A stretch of 64,000 nucleotides of DNA from Fistulifera solaris (Eukaryota): positions 620,001-684,000 of the forward strand of contig AP026146.1 of the NCBI GenBank assembly GCA_030295235.1. Reading direction: 5' to 3'. The notes beneath the pieces are model-generated. The model did not search any database and was not told the DNA's origin. It was given only the letters and a program-made list of their open reading frames with translations. Of the stretch, positions 49,559 to 62,400 are shown one piece after another (position 1 is the first letter of the stretch; each line of letters starts with the position of its first letter). Both the position numbers and the translations under genes were made by a program.

Positions 49559-51823
49559 TTATTTCAATCTAGTTGATTGCTTAGTTTGTAGATACGAGTC
49601 CTTTCTTTTCAGCATGAAATCAATTTTCGGGTCGCGACCACGGAAGCTACGAAAGAGTTCTTCTGGTGCCCTGGTGTTGCCTGCACCATAGATGAACTCT
49701 CTTGCTTTACGAGCGACTTCTGGGTCAAAAATGTTGCCAGATTCTTCAAAAGCAGCAAATGCATCCGCATCTAATACTTCGGCCCATTGGTAAACGTAAT
49801 ATCCAGCAGCGTACATGGAAGTGGCGAATAGATGCGAAAAGTGGGCCGGCCGATGCCGCATCACAATGGCGGCGGGCATTCCCAAACGCTCCAATTCTTG
49901 CTTCTCAAAGACCATCATGTCAAAGTCGGTATAATCATCCAACTGATGCATCTTCATATCGAGTAAAGCACAAATCGAATATTCCACAGTACGAAATCCT
50001 TGCTGGAAAGAACGTGCGGCACGAAGTTTCTCCAGCAAATTGTCGGGAATGGGTTCACCGGTCTCATAGTGCTTACAGTATTGTTTAAGAACACTGGTTT
50101 GATCAAACCAGTGTTCCATCAATTGAGAAGGAAGCTCGACAAAATCGGTCAACACATTGGTCGACGCCAAGCGTCCATAGTCCGCGTTCGAAAGCATTCC
50201 ATGGTGCGCGTGACCGAATTCATGAAACAGCGTGTGGCAATCATCGTAGCTCAAAAACGTGTGCTCAGATCCTTTGGCGAAGTTATTGTTGTTGATGACG
50301 ACGGGAACCTGCAAAATGGGGTCTGATCCCAACGGCAAATTGCGACTTTGACTGCGAAATTCGCTCATCCATGCTCCACCACTCTTGTGAGAACGAGCGA
50401 AATTGTCGTGTAAGAAGATGGCTATGAGACGGTCCTTCTCCCGGACTTCGTACACATCTACATCAGGATGATAAACTTGTAAGTCGGGACGTTTCGTGTA
50501 GGCCAGACCAAACAATTTGTTCGAGACAGCAAACAAGGCTTCACGCGCTGCATTGAGAGTAAAATAGGGTCGCAACAAACTCTCGTCTAAATCGTACTTG
50601 GTCTGACGCACTTTTTCGGCATAATAGCGCCAATCCCACGCCTGCAATCCACCTTCCAGGCATACATTTTCATCTTGCACAAATTCTTCGAGCATCTTTC
50701 GTTCTTGATTGGCGGCTTCTTTGGCCCGAACCCAAACATTCTCCAACAATTCGTTAACTTTTTCCGGAGTTTGTGCCATGCGATCCGCACATTGAAATGC
50801 GGCAAAGTTGGGATAACCGTGGATTTGTGCCAATCGCTGTCGCAGTTGCAAAATTTGCTTTGTCAGTGCCAAATTGGTTTGTTCCCCACGTGCGACCCAC
50901 GCTTCCCACACTTGTTGCCGCAACTGGCGATTGTCACTGTACGTCAAGAACGGTTCCACCATGGATCGACTGAGGGTCATGAATGTCTGATTTTCGGTAT
51001 GACCACGCTCTTCTGCCGCCGCCTTGGCCGCTTCGATCAAAGATGCTGGACATCCGGACCAATCGTTGATTTCCAAAGTCCACGAGGCTTCTTCCGCCAT
51101 GACATTTTGTTGAAATTGCGTCTGTAAGGTAGCGAGTTGTGCTTGAATGTCACTGACTTCGGCTTGTTGTTCCGCCGAAAGAGCCGCCCCGGCACGCACA
51201 AAATCCAAGTGAATCCGTTCCACCAAGCGTTGTTGTTCCGGCGTGAGTTGCAAAGTATCGCGTTGTTGATACACGCGATCAATGGCGGTGAACAATCCCG
51301 GAATTTGGTACCTTTGACTCGCGTGTCGAGACAACAATGGAGCCATTTGTGTTTGTACGGCTTGCAATTCGGGAGGATTTTGACTGGAACACAAATTCGA
51401 ATAGACGCCGGTGACACGATCCAGTAAAGCTCCCGCCCGATCGAATGCAGCGATTGTCGACTCGAAGGAGGGATCGGGATGTTGTGCAATTTCTTCGAGT
51501 TCTTGCAAATGAATTTGCATGGCTTCCTGCAAAGCGGGTGCAAAGTGTTCGACTTGAATTTGTTGAAAAGGAGGCAGCTGAAAGGGTTGTGAGGACCAAT
51601 CCGTGAGGAGTGGATTGTGAACTGTTGCAATAAATGTTGTGGGTGTTGACATGGTGGAAGCAAACAATAAGTTTGAACGAAACGGACTTATTCGCGTGTT
51701 GCGAGCGTCGGAAGAGAATTGACTACGAACGCCTTGTAGAAAGGAAGACGATTGCTTTGCTTTGTAAGCAAAACAAGCTACAAGACACGAATATTGATGG
51801 AGTCGCATGCTTGCTTTGTTCAA
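49559..51823 (-). CDS. M3 metallopeptidase (oligopeptidase A / peptidyl-dipeptidase Dcp), organelle-targeted
   Basis: 'NPLL', 'KSGGAWM', 'FHEFGHAHH', 'DFVELPSQLMEHW', 'YAAGYYVY.WAEVL', 'FRGRDP'. Confidence 0.93.
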   Translation of the reverse strand: MNKASMRLHQYSCLVACFAYKAKQSSSFLQGVRSQFSSDARNTRISPFRSNLLFASTMSTPTTFIATVHNPLLTDWSSQPFQLPPFQQIQVEHFAPALQEAMQIHLQELEEIAQHPDPSFESTIAAFDRAGALLDRVTGVYSNLCSSQNPPELQAVQTQMAPLLSRHASQRYQIPGLFTAIDRVYQQRDTLQLTPEQQRLVERIHLDFVRAGAALSAEQQAEVSDIQAQLATLQTQFQQNVMAEEASWTLEINDWSGCPASLIEAAKAAAEERGHTENQTFMTLSRSMVEPFLTYSDNRQLRQQVWEAWVARGEQTNLALTKQILQLRQRLAQIHGYPNFAAFQCADRMAQTPEKVNELLENVWVRAKEAANQERKMLEEFVQDENVCLEGGLQAWDWRYYAEKVRQTKYDLDESLLRPYFTLNAAREALFAVSNKLFGLAYTKRPDLQVYHPDVDVYEVREKDRLIAIFLHDNFARSHKSGGAWMSEFRSQSRNLPLGSDPILQVPVVINNNNFAKGSEHTFLSYDDCHTLFHEFGHAHHGMLSNADYGRLASTNVLTDFVELPSQLMEHWFDQTSVLKQYCKHYETGEPIPDNLLEKLRAARSFQQGFRTVEYSICALLDMKMHQLDDYTDFDMMVFEKQELERLGMPAAIVMRHRPAHFSHLFATSMYAAGYYVYQWAEVLDADAFAAFEESGNIFDPEVARKAREFIYGAGNTRAPEELFRSFRGRDPKIDFMLKRKDSYLQTKQSTRLK

Positions 51824-52298
51824 TGTTGCGATTCAGTTTTACTCCGTAGTAGTCTTGTTGCCTCGCAACTCGCAACGAAAAACCGCACACACGCGCTGCC
51901 AGCACCGCCGCATCTATGACGATGGGCTCATGACTCACAATCAGTCTTGTAGAAAAACGGTCAACACTTTGATACTATGGTCCATTTTACTGTATGATAA
52001 TATGTGAATCTTCGGCATGTTGATCCGTATTAGGGTTAGGAGTACCGTGAAAACACTGAAGTTGACTACAATAAGGATAAGGAGTGGACTGTTGCGACGG
52101 TGCGACGGACGACCGCGCTGCAACAGAAAAGAGAAAAGAAACATTATTATTTTAGAAAGAGCCATCCGCCATACGTTATCAGGCATCCGCAAACAAGGTG
52201 AATCGAAAGTGATGAGGCGACGGAACTATACTCCAAATAATATCCTTATAAGTCATAACTCATCGCTTCCTCTTTGAATTGCTCTATCTCGATCCACC

Positions 52299-53348
52299 AT
52301 GGAGTCAAATGAGTCGTCGTCTATCGAATACGAATTCACGATTTTAGCCCTTTATCAATTTCTCGATCACAAACTCGCCCCCGAAGTTGTGGCCGACCGT
52401 CGCGATCAATTGGAGGCATTCCTTCGTCCCAAAACAGCACGCGGAATGATCATTCTTGCGCAAGAAGGCATCAATGGGACCATTTGTTTTCCGTCCGAAC
52501 ATAGAGATGCCATTATGACTCATCTTTTGCACGATTTTCCGAATTTACGAACCCGATTATCGTATCATAAAGAAAACGTTTTCTTTCGTCTCAAGGTCCG
52601 TATCAAGTCGGAAATTGTTACACTGGGCGTCAACGCCACTGCTTCTGATCCAACTTTGCAAGTCGGTACCTACGTAGAGCCTGGCGACGATTGGGATAAG
52701 CTTCTACAAGATCCAAATTGTTTAGTGGTAGATACACGCAATGAATATGAATATCAGGTCGGGACGTTTCATAACGCCATCAATCCACACACGCACTCCT
52801 TTGTCGATTTTCCGGAATGGATCCAAAACAACATGGATCAAATGAAACAAGTCACAAAAGTAGCCATGTTTTGTACGGGAGGTATTCGTTGTGGAAAGGC
52901 GACGGCTTATTGCATGAATTTACTGAAGGATTCACCGCAAAAACCAGAAATTTTTCATTTGAAAGGAGGTATTCTGGGTTATCTGGATGCTGTTCCAGCG
53001 GAAAAATCATTGTTTAAGGGAGAATGTTACGTATTCGATCGGAGAACGGCGGTTCAGCACGGTTTGAAGCCGTCGACGAGCTATGTACCGTGTCATGCCT
53101 GTCGTCATCCGCTGACGGCTGAAGATCGGTTACATCCCGATTATGAAAAAGGTGTATCGTGTCATGTCTGTATCGATAGTCGTCAGACACGTCGTGAACG
53201 ATATGAGTCTCGACAAAAGCAAATGAAATTATGGGATACTCATTTGCATGATCGAAAAGAGCGCAAACTGCAAAATCAACTACAACGTGTCGATTCCGCT
53301 ACCGGAGTGTCGAATACCGGTAGTTTATTGATCGAAGGGAGCACTTGA
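52299..53348 (+). CDS. trhO: TrhO/UPF0176 rhodanese-domain tRNA uridine(34) hydroxylase
   Basis: 'EGINGT', 'EIVTLG', 'DTRNEYE..VGTF', 'FCTGGIRC', 'GECYVFDRR', C-terminal Cys cluster. Confidence 0.88.
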   Translation: MESNESSSIEYEFTILALYQFLDHKLAPEVVADRRDQLEAFLRPKTARGMIILAQEGINGTICFPSEHRDAIMTHLLHDFPNLRTRLSYHKENVFFRLKVRIKSEIVTLGVNATASDPTLQVGTYVEPGDDWDKLLQDPNCLVVDTRNEYEYQVGTFHNAINPHTHSFVDFPEWIQNNMDQMKQVTKVAMFCTGGIRCGKATAYCMNLLKDSPQKPEIFHLKGGILGYLDAVPAEKSLFKGECYVFDRRTAVQHGLKPSTSYVPCHACRHPLTAEDRLHPDYEKGVSCHVCIDSRQTRRERYESRQKQMKLWDTHLHDRKERKLQNQLQRVDSATGVSNTGSLLIEGST

Positions 53349-53721
53349 TCTCAAAGAGTCTTTGTTGTAGGGATGTAAAGAGGTCTGCAACGACCGGACG
53401 TTGATTGTGATATCATTTCTTATCATTCTCCTTATAGAATATGATTAGAGCTATATCCTACGGAGTGCATTTGTCGCAATTTTACGGAGTAGTAGAGTAC
53501 GAAGGGCAACGACAAAAGACCTTTGCCATCGTCCAAAATCAAGGAAATGTCTACACTCGTTTCATCGACTTTTTTAGCTTTGCGTCTAGTATTACGATTG
53601 ATTCGTTGATTTTGAAAGCATGCAACAGCAGCTCCACACAACTAGCGAGCGACAAAACAGTACAGACTCATTGCTTTCCTATAACACAGAATAATAATAC
53701 GGTTAAGCCATAGAGTAGTAT

Positions 53722-54643
53722 TTACATACCAACCTCAACCGTTTGTTCCGCCGCATGCATAATTTTCGGATACAAGGCACGAGCTTCGGTCTCTCCGCCT
53801 CCACCGACTTCCACCTGAGGCAAAGCGTTGCTCACTCGGTCACTCAACTCCTGTGGTGGAAATCGCGAGAATCGACTGGCCGACGACTGAAAGGCTACGC
53901 CATTGGCGTCTGTTCCGGTCCATACCACATAGATTGTCAAGTCACAAAGAGTTTTTCCTTCCGACGCGAGTACATTGCATTCGTCTTCGGTGATTTCACA
54001 TCCTCTTGTCGGCTGTCCTGACGTGGCCTGAGTTTGCTGTACACCATTGAAATCGTAGGTAATTTCGGCACACTTATCACTGGAGCAAAATACGCAAGAA
54101 TCGTCCCAGGTAACACCTCTCACCATTCCGTCTTTGACATCAATAATGGCCGTCAAGTATGGGAATACTCGAGCTTCAACGGCATCGTAATAAACACGAA
54201 GAAATCCACTCTTATCTTGCGCCGCAGCCGCAATTGTCACATCTCGTTGATAAAAGACAGTCTCCGACTCGACAACCAAATCATTGAATGCTGAAGGAAA
54301 GAGGCGGGGTGAGACTCATGAGTCATCTCTGCGGAAAAGCACGACGCAAGTAGGACGAAAACATACAATTCGGAATGTGCATTCGTGAATACTGATCAGC
54401 TTCTGGCTGAAACGATAAACGAATATAATCTACACCACGAGCCCAGTCTTTGGTATTGCCGACGTGAAAGCACACGATTGTCTGTTTCCCAATCTCAATT
54501 TTTTCGAGTGTGTCGACCGAAGCGCCGGAAAAGGTCGCTTGACAACCTCCCCATTTGTCGCCGGAAGATTCGTCTTGGGCAGCAACCAGCGACCACAGTA
54601 ATGCGAGCAAAATAGTGAATGATTTCATTATTAAAGATGTCAT
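53722..54643 (-). CDS. Secreted Cys-containing hypothetical protein, 2 exons
   Basis: Signal peptide; intron ~54293-54364; 'WDDSCVFC', 'IYVVWTGTD' motifs. Confidence 0.6.
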
Positions 54644-54956
54644 CGATATCGTAAATATGGTAATGCTAATATGTTTGTCAACAAATAAAAACGCTTGCCA
54701 AATGTCTCTTTTTCCGCAGCGCTGGGGGCGTTACGGTGAGGCTGGATTCGACATACACAATTGGCTACCGATACGATCCGCAAGTTGATACTACGGGGTA
54801 ATTTATAATTTGAGCTGACACATCCGACGCTTCGATGCGTTGTAAGATCTTCAAAAACAATAAAAGCAACACTTGAATGAGATTAGTTAGTCCATGGCTT
54901 GTCGAAAAGTGGTAAACAATGTTTGTCTGGACATAGATTCTTTCATTGCACCTAAT

Positions 54957-55200
54957 CCGGGATTGCCGTAAAGTTGAGTCACAGCTTTTTCAGACAACAC
55001 TACCCTATTTTGTGGTGCAGGTAATTCAATCCAACAAATCTCTCAATTGCAGCAACAGTAATGACGTAGATAGAATACTTGTTCAATGGTTTGTCGAGAA
55101 GTGGCAAATAATGGTAGTATGGGCAATATATTTCATTCGTAAATGTACAGAACTATTACCGGGACTGCAGTAAAGTTGAGTCACAGCTTAACCAGACAAC
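54957..55200 (+). repeat. Dispersed 42-bp direct repeat pair
   Basis: 54957-54998 versus 55159-55200, 37/42 identical. Confidence 0.85.
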
Positions 55201-55575
55201 TTCATTATTATTTTTGATAGTCTCCGAGGCGTACCGGTGCGATAATTGCTTGCTTATCGAACGCAAAACAGAGCACAAAAGCCTCGATCATTTTTTTCGC
55301 ATTTCTTGCATGACTAGAGACACTTCCCATTATAAAGCAACTCATTCTCTTTCAAGCGAGCAGAATCCATTCTTGCAATAGTGCGACGAAAAAAGCCATT
55401 GGAATTACTTTGAAGCAGCGCAACAATTGCTATCACTTTCCTTTCTGCACCTGGGGCTTTGTAAATTCCGTATTCGTCATTTCTTCTTGTCGACGCGTGC
55501 TGAAGAATTGCCACCGAAAGCATTCACTGGATAAAACCTTGTTTTACTCTTTCCATCCAAACAACACGGACAGTA

Positions 55576-56355
55576 TGGAAGATCGCCTTCATGGACTCGC
55601 CGATTCGTTTCGTCGCGAACGTGACGATGCGTTGCGACGCAAAATGACAGCTCAAGAACGATTGACTTTGAAAAAACAAGAAGTGGATGCCATGACTGCT
55701 ACTTTGAATAATCTAGAGGAAAAGCAGAAGCAATTGAAAGTTCATATGAGTAAAGCTGAAGAGAATGAAGAGTTGCGCAGGGAAGTGTCGCAATTGACAA
55801 AAGAAGTAAGCATCAGTGATTTTAGTGGTGGCATGTTTTGACAGTGTAGGATTTTCATTGACTCTTGTCTACTTTCTTGTGCTTCAGGTGGAATTTCAAC
55901 ATGCGCAGCTTTTGAATAAACGCGAGAAAGCAGAAGCGCTTCGGGGAGAACTTGCCGTCAAAGTGAAGCAGCGTCAGCTCTCACTCGCCAAGGTTTGTGA
56001 CCTCCTACACCAGCAGCGTGAGAGGAACCAGCAGATGATTCAGTCTCTGACAACGGGACGCTCAGATGATAAGTTGAAGTCAGTAGAAGCTGCGAAAGAA
56101 CTTCTCTTGCTGGAGCTCGAGAACGATCACGATGGACACAACTTGAAAAAGTGGCGTGACTGGGTGCAAGTCAAGATTCAGTTTCTATCCGATCAAGGCG
56201 AGCACAAACGTCGTGAATGTGCTCGTCTCGAAACGATCATTGAAGGATATCGCACTAACATGCGTCTTTCGGTCAGTGATTCGAAGGAGAAGGACGAAAC
56301 GTCTGGCGATGTAGTCACGGAAAAAGCTCTTGTCATGATGGAATGCAGCGCTTGA
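55576..56355 (+). CDS. Coiled-coil hypothetical protein, 2 exons
   Basis: Heptad-rich; intron ~55807-55887. Confidence 0.55.
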
Positions 56356-56553
56356 TCATCGAGTACCGAGAGCCAAGTCCAAACACGCGTAGATTCCGTA
56401 GCAAGACCTTTTAGTCGTCGATTTGATTCACTTCATTTGCACTTTCTCTATAGTTTTACATCACTATCTGGGACCAAAATCCGTTCAACTCACTTACGAA
56501 AGCTTTATACAGATCTTCGACACAATCTTAACAAAATGGGTATAGACCAGATT

Positions 56554-57414
56554 TCAGCCCCAATAATCTCCGTTTTCTGCTTGAACTAGAAACCGTGTGG
56601 GGTGCTCGACTGTAATTCGGTTTGTAGTGTGTTCCGCTTCGCCCCACAATTGGGCGGCCGCATTCATGGCATCATTGACCCATTTCTTTCTCATCCTGTT
56701 GTTGTCCTTGGCGCTTAGTGGTGGAAGGGATAGACGTCTGTATCGCATTGCTTTCTTTGGGTCTTTCAAGCAATGATTAAGAACAACTAGCAATTGCAAT
56801 GCCTCAAAATGCCATGGCTTCAAACCAATCGCACGTTCGGCCATCTCGGCGGCTCTCGGCAATTGATCCACCCCTTGGTGAAACAGTAGCATAGCTAATC
56901 GCGAATGAGGTTCGGCCCAACCAGGAAACTGCCGCGTCATTTCCTCCAGCATTGCTTCCTCGTCGACCAACCCCTCCGAGCATTCTTTCTGCATATGCAA
57001 CATGGCAGCCGCCGCATTCTTGTCCTTTTCCGTGGTCCACAGGTGCACCAGTTCATCCAGCGCATCGTCTGAGTTCTCTAGACTTTGTAATAGTTCTATT
57101 TCAAGTTCACGGAAGCTTCTCCCCGTGCTGGTGAGGAACATGTGTCGTGCTTTTGCTTCCGCAATAATTCCTTCTCGCAGGATGCTACTTTGTCGATCAA
57201 TGGCAAAGTATTCTTCAAGACGCATTCGAACGCGGTAGAGTTCATCCTGCTCGGCGTAATCTGGATCGCGATAAAAAAGAATGGAAGACGCACGAGCCGT
57301 CATTACTGGTGCCTCGAGAACTCTGGGGGTGAATGCCAGCGCTATCCCTATCTTTATGCACACGAAATAGAAGGCACGCAACCGAAACGCAATAGTGTTG
57401 TTTGTACAAATCAT
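56554..57414 (-). CDS. TPR-like protein, plastid-targeted, paralog 1
   Basis: 'IALA-FTP' targeting motif; 'PGWAEPHSRLA...AIGLKPWHFEAL'. Confidence 0.7.
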   Translation of the reverse strand: MICTNNTIAFRLRAFYFVCIKIGIALAFTPRVLEAPVMTARASSILFYRDPDYAEQDELYRVRMRLEEYFAIDRQSSILREGIIAEAKARHMFLTSTGRSFRELEIELLQSLENSDDALDELVHLWTTEKDKNAAAAMLHMQKECSEGLVDEEAMLEEMTRQFPGWAEPHSRLAMLLFHQGVDQLPRAAEMAERAIGLKPWHFEALQLLVVLNHCLKDPKKAMRYRRLSLPPLSAKDNNRMRKKWVNDAMNAAAQLWGEAEHTTNRITVEHPTRFLVQAENGDYWG

Positions 57415-58122
57415 GGTGTTCTTGCTCGTTGTTGTGTAAACCGTCTTGGGAACTCGCTTTGACAGAAAAAGAAAAAGAAGAAGAATCGGTTGACACACTG
57501 CGAAAGATTGATTGGGTCGATCATCTCGATCGACAGAACAAAAAAACCATCCAATGCCTCTTATAAGAATTCTGCCGATCTAGCGTTCACGAAAGATCGG
57601 AACCCTTTGGCGATGTGACGGGTGATGGACAGTACACTGTCGTAGATGTCGTACGGAAACCACTCTTGTTCCCCAGTGTGATGGTGCGTCATTGGAGTAC
57701 ATTTTCATCGTATAGTAGGATGCACCACTTCAACTGACCATCTGGCGCAGCCGGTCGGCAGAAAAAGACACGAACTGGATTCCATCGAACAGAAACGAAT
57801 ATCACCACGGCATCGGAATCGGACGTTCCTTTGCTAGAGATAGATAGCATCTACCCCTCTAGTAGTCAATGAATCCGTCCCGAGAGCATCAATGAAGACT
57901 TTAACAAAGGTTAGGAAAGGTATGCTGGTAGAATGGTAGACTAAATACTTTGTAATATAGTGAGGACTTGTCACGGGTCACAGTCAACTAAAAATCTTTA
58001 TCAAAGTGTTTCGATTCATCGACTGCAAAGAACTATGATATGTACGGTGAAAGAAGATCAGCGGATAGGTTAACATACATTGCCAAGAGGTCTCAATTCA
58101 TCATTTTTGATAAGCGTGGTAT

Positions 58123-58946
58123 TTACTGCCAGCTGTCGTCCGATGTCTTGGTAAGCGTGACCGTACGTTTACTCGTTCCTTGCTTGATGGAGCTTGTTAT
58201 GCGTTCTGCTTCCTGAAAGCGCCCCTTCGCTTGCATCAGCGATCGTTTAACCCACTCCTTTCTATCTCTGTTTTTCGTTTCCGGGTCAAGAGGGGTAACG
58301 CCAAACTACTCCAATGCATCGATCCCTCCATGTCGTGAAAATTGGCGCTGATGGCCACCATTAAATGCAAGGCTTCAAAATGCCAAGGCTTCAAATCAAT
58401 CGCCCGGACTGCCATATCGGCAGCGATGGATCCATGCATAGGACCTCCTTTGTGGAATAAGACGGCAGCGAGACGAGCATGAGGTTCCGCCCATCCGGGG
58501 TGCTCCTCAATCAATTGCCACAGACGAGCTTCTTCAATTTCAAGACCCCTGGAGCAAGAGACATCCATGAACAACATGTCAGACGCCGCATCTTCGTCTC
58601 TTTCGGTGGTCCACAAATGCACCAGCTGGTCGATGGCGTCGTCGGAATCTTCTAAACTTTGGAGCAGTTGCATCTCGACCTCACGCATGCGACGTCCCGA
58701 AGTCGTTAGAAAGAGCTGATTTCGTTCCGCCTCGGCGATGAAACCCTCTCGAATGAAAGTATCATCGTGGGTATCGATGAGTCTTTCGAATCGAGCCCGA
58801 TTCCTTTCAATGTCATCACGATCGGATCGGGTGGAGTAAGCGAGGGCCGTCAGCGTCACACGAGAGGGAGAATGGCGAGGGACGGTGAAGGCGTCGACAA
58901 TGACCGTAGAGGCGGAAATGAGGAGAAGAAAGGAGCGGTATATCAT
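58123..58946 (-). CDS. TPR-like protein, plastid-targeted, paralog 2 (indel ~58275)
   Basis: 'IVDA-FTVP'; 'PGWAEPHARLA...AIDLKPWHFEAL'; the shifted tail 'KEWVKR...DSWQ*' matches paralog 1. Confidence 0.7.
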
Positions 58947-59422
58947 GATGAAAAAGTTCGTCTGAGTTGTCAGATAAAGACGAGAAGAAATGGACGAAAT
59001 AAGGATTCGCGAAGATTTTTGTGTTTTCGAGTTGATGTTTTTTCTTTTGATGGTTTGATGTTGATGGCTGGGCATGGGCATGGGCATGGGCACGCACTTT
59101 GGCGTTTTCTTTCATCGAATGCGAAGAGTGGAGCCATCAAGTACATTTTACGCAACAGTGATTGGAAGAACCCTTTCTTTAGTATTGAAACGCGATTGAA
59201 ACGAGTGTCCGGTATTCATTGGACGCGCCGGTCGATCCGTTGGCTCGTGAATAAAGTCAGTTGGTGATTGATCGGGACTGAAGGACCCAAGACTTTGACG
59301 TTATTGGCTTGGTGAAGATTTTTTGTTTTCACGACCCGCGTCACTGCTGCGAAACAGTATTGCATTGCTTCGATCCTTTTCTTCGACTTGCACATGTTGC
59401 GCATTTCGTCTATGATTTCAGA

Positions 59423-62400
59423 ATGAAGGAACCAGTAGGTGATTTCGAAGCGATCGCGAGTGCGGATTCTCCCAATCCTGCTGAAGCCTTTGAACGAGAA
59501 CAAGTGGCGCTGCAAATGCGATTGAAACAAGTTGCGTTACTTGTACCGCCGGCGGCATGGAAATATGGAATACCCGCTCTGCTGGCCGTTGGGCTTGCAT
59601 CACCTCATGTTATTGTACGGTGGCTGCTGTATTTTGTAAGGCAGGTATTGGGCGTCGCCGTTGGGGTTGCTTTGGGGCTCGGCTTTGTGTGTCATGTTTA
59701 CGATACGCTGACGATCATGAGGGAGAAACACGAAAGAGCAAATGAAGGACTCGTTCGTCCATCATCTACGCAATTTGCTTCTTTAAAAGGATCCATGCGA
59801 CCTCCGTCGGGACTGCAACTGTCGAAATCACCCAGTAGTATGGCCGCTGCTGCGATCGAAGATGAGCAAACCTTCAAAAGCTTAATGATGTCGGCAGGTT
59901 ATTATCGTGACACGGCGAATCGGGGTCAAGTTGTTACCGCCGATACGGCATGGCTGCATCAACCCAATTATGGTTTTGATGGGAATCCGGAGGCTCCACG
60001 ACATGCCCTTCGGCATCTGCAAGAATATTGGCCAACGCTGCCCCCGGCTGTTCTCGAAAAACTTGCGTTACTGATTGAATATGTGTTACGAGATTTTGTG
60101 GGTTGCTGGTACAAGAGCGTGGATGAAGGATGCAAGTACCGTGATGCTGGAGCACTACGGAAAGAAGAAGCCGAGAAGAAAATTGAAAGTGACGCTGACG
60201 AAATACTCAAGGAAAAATCACAATCAAAGTCACATGCTCGAGTGATGTTGTATACTCTGAGCACATATCGTCGCAGTCCGTTTTTGACATCATTGTATAA
60301 CAGTATGGCTGTTTTGTTCGGGAACCTGGCGACAAGGGTGGAACACGTTAATCTTCCCGCGCTCGTGCTGCTACAATGGGCGCGAGTTCTTGCTCATACT
60401 TTTAAAGTTTATCGAAATTTGCGCAAGTCGATTTTGACAAAACATCTTTCCGGGTCGCAAACCAACAAGGGTCTCCGAGAGTCGAGACGGACTTTGGCTG
60501 GAGATACCAGAATGCCGGCGAATCCCGTCTCGGAAATTGACATGACCAAAGAGTTTTTGTTTGCGGGAAAGTTGCACAAGGCAGTCACATTCGGTTTGGA
60601 TGTTCCCGCACTTCTCTTCGCGGACGCCACGGGTCGTGAATGTGGTGTGCCCGGTGACAGTGCTGGTTCGACAGAAAATGAGGTTCTAGCAAGACGCTTA
60701 TTTGAGACTGGTATGATTCGTGAATGTGAACTCGATTACAATCGTGTGCTCAGTCACCGCATCGTTCGGGCATTAGTAACGCGTCAAGACTTTGGTTCTC
60801 CCATTGTTTCATCACTACTGACGGAGATTCTTGCTGGCTGCGCTCTTACGCCTTTAATGAATATTTTTAGTCCAGAGTATTTAAACAGCTGGATAATCAA
60901 AGGCCTTTCTTCGACACGCTCGGAGGAGCCCGCTGCGGGTGCGGCGGACTCTTCAGACAACACGACCTGTTTAGTGACAGAAACAGAGGATCGTGATGTT
61001 CGAGATGGCGACGGCGTTACTTCATTTGGTGGCGATAACTCTACGCGGTCTTTGCAAGGAGTGGGAGCTGAAGTACCAGAAATATCCATCGTGGATAAAG
61101 TCGTCAGAGAGGAGAAACGAAAGACGCTATCAAGCGCGGTTGTGCCGGAAATCAATACATCGGTATCTTCTGCGGAAGATAGCATTCTCTCTTTATTGGC
61201 CCTTGCATTGATTGACGTGCAACGTTATGTGGATTTCGATGATTACCGGCTTGCGAGGAAGAATAATCAGATGACGCAGGTGGACTGGGATGATCCCGGG
61301 TGCCGCGAAGCAGTGTTGCGACTTGTTTTGGTGATCGAATTGGCACTTACACATGGCCGGTGTACTTATCGAGCGAAGGAGCGCTTACCCAAAGAAGCCG
61401 AGATACACGGAGACGACGATGCTGATTTCGAGGATTTTTCTGAGGATCATCTGGAAGAGTCGTTATATGAGTATGGGTCTACAACTTTGTCCCAGATTCT
61501 TATGGAAATGACCAGTGACGTTGACTCCTTCGAGGAACGTGTTGCGAGAGAAAACGCTCTCGAAGTGGAGCGGAAGCGCGCGATTATTGCAGAAATGAAT
61601 GTTGAAGACTATTGTCCCACAGTCGCTGAGCTGTCGACTATTCGAACCCTTATTGCGGCGTGGCTTCACACAGGTCAGATATTTCGCAATGTTTCGATTT
61701 TGGTACAAGCACAAGCGACTGTATTGCTACCTTATTTTCACAGTCATGCATTCGTCCGATCAAAGAATAATGTTGATGGCTTCGTAAAGCAAATAAAGGC
61801 ACTCGACAATGTTGAGATTTTAGTCGACACGATGGCTGTACTTTCTAGCCAACGTCTTGATGCAGGAGATGGCGATGGATTGAAGCAACTGGTGCAAAAA
61901 CTTGCAATTCAAAGCCCAAAAATTGACGATGGCCGCCATATTGAGTCTACAAAAACAGATATTTCTTCCGTTCAACTACTGGGTTCTCCAACTGCTTCGA
62001 GCAGGTATTTGGATTTTCATCGCAACGACTCATTCGCGTCGAGTTTGCGCTCCGAACGCGAGCGCAGAATGCGCTCCTGGCAACTCGTTATTACTGGTGA
62101 TGAAAAAGAGTATGAGCCTATCTGCCGATCCAGGGGACTATCTCATGAAGATGCCACGCTTCACCGTGAAATGCATAATCTTTCGAGAATTTTTTACAAA
62201 GGAACAAATCTTATTGCCATTCGTGATGCAGCGCGCAGAAAGAAATCTGCTGACAATGAGGAGTTTTCAATTGCTGGGACGGAATCCGACGACGGTTTTG
62301 TGTCTCTTTTGACAGTAGAAACGGCGAGTCCAAGGAGGAAGATCGAGGTACCCGATGACGATTCATCTTTTTTGTTGCGGGCTCAGGTACGTCTTGAAAG

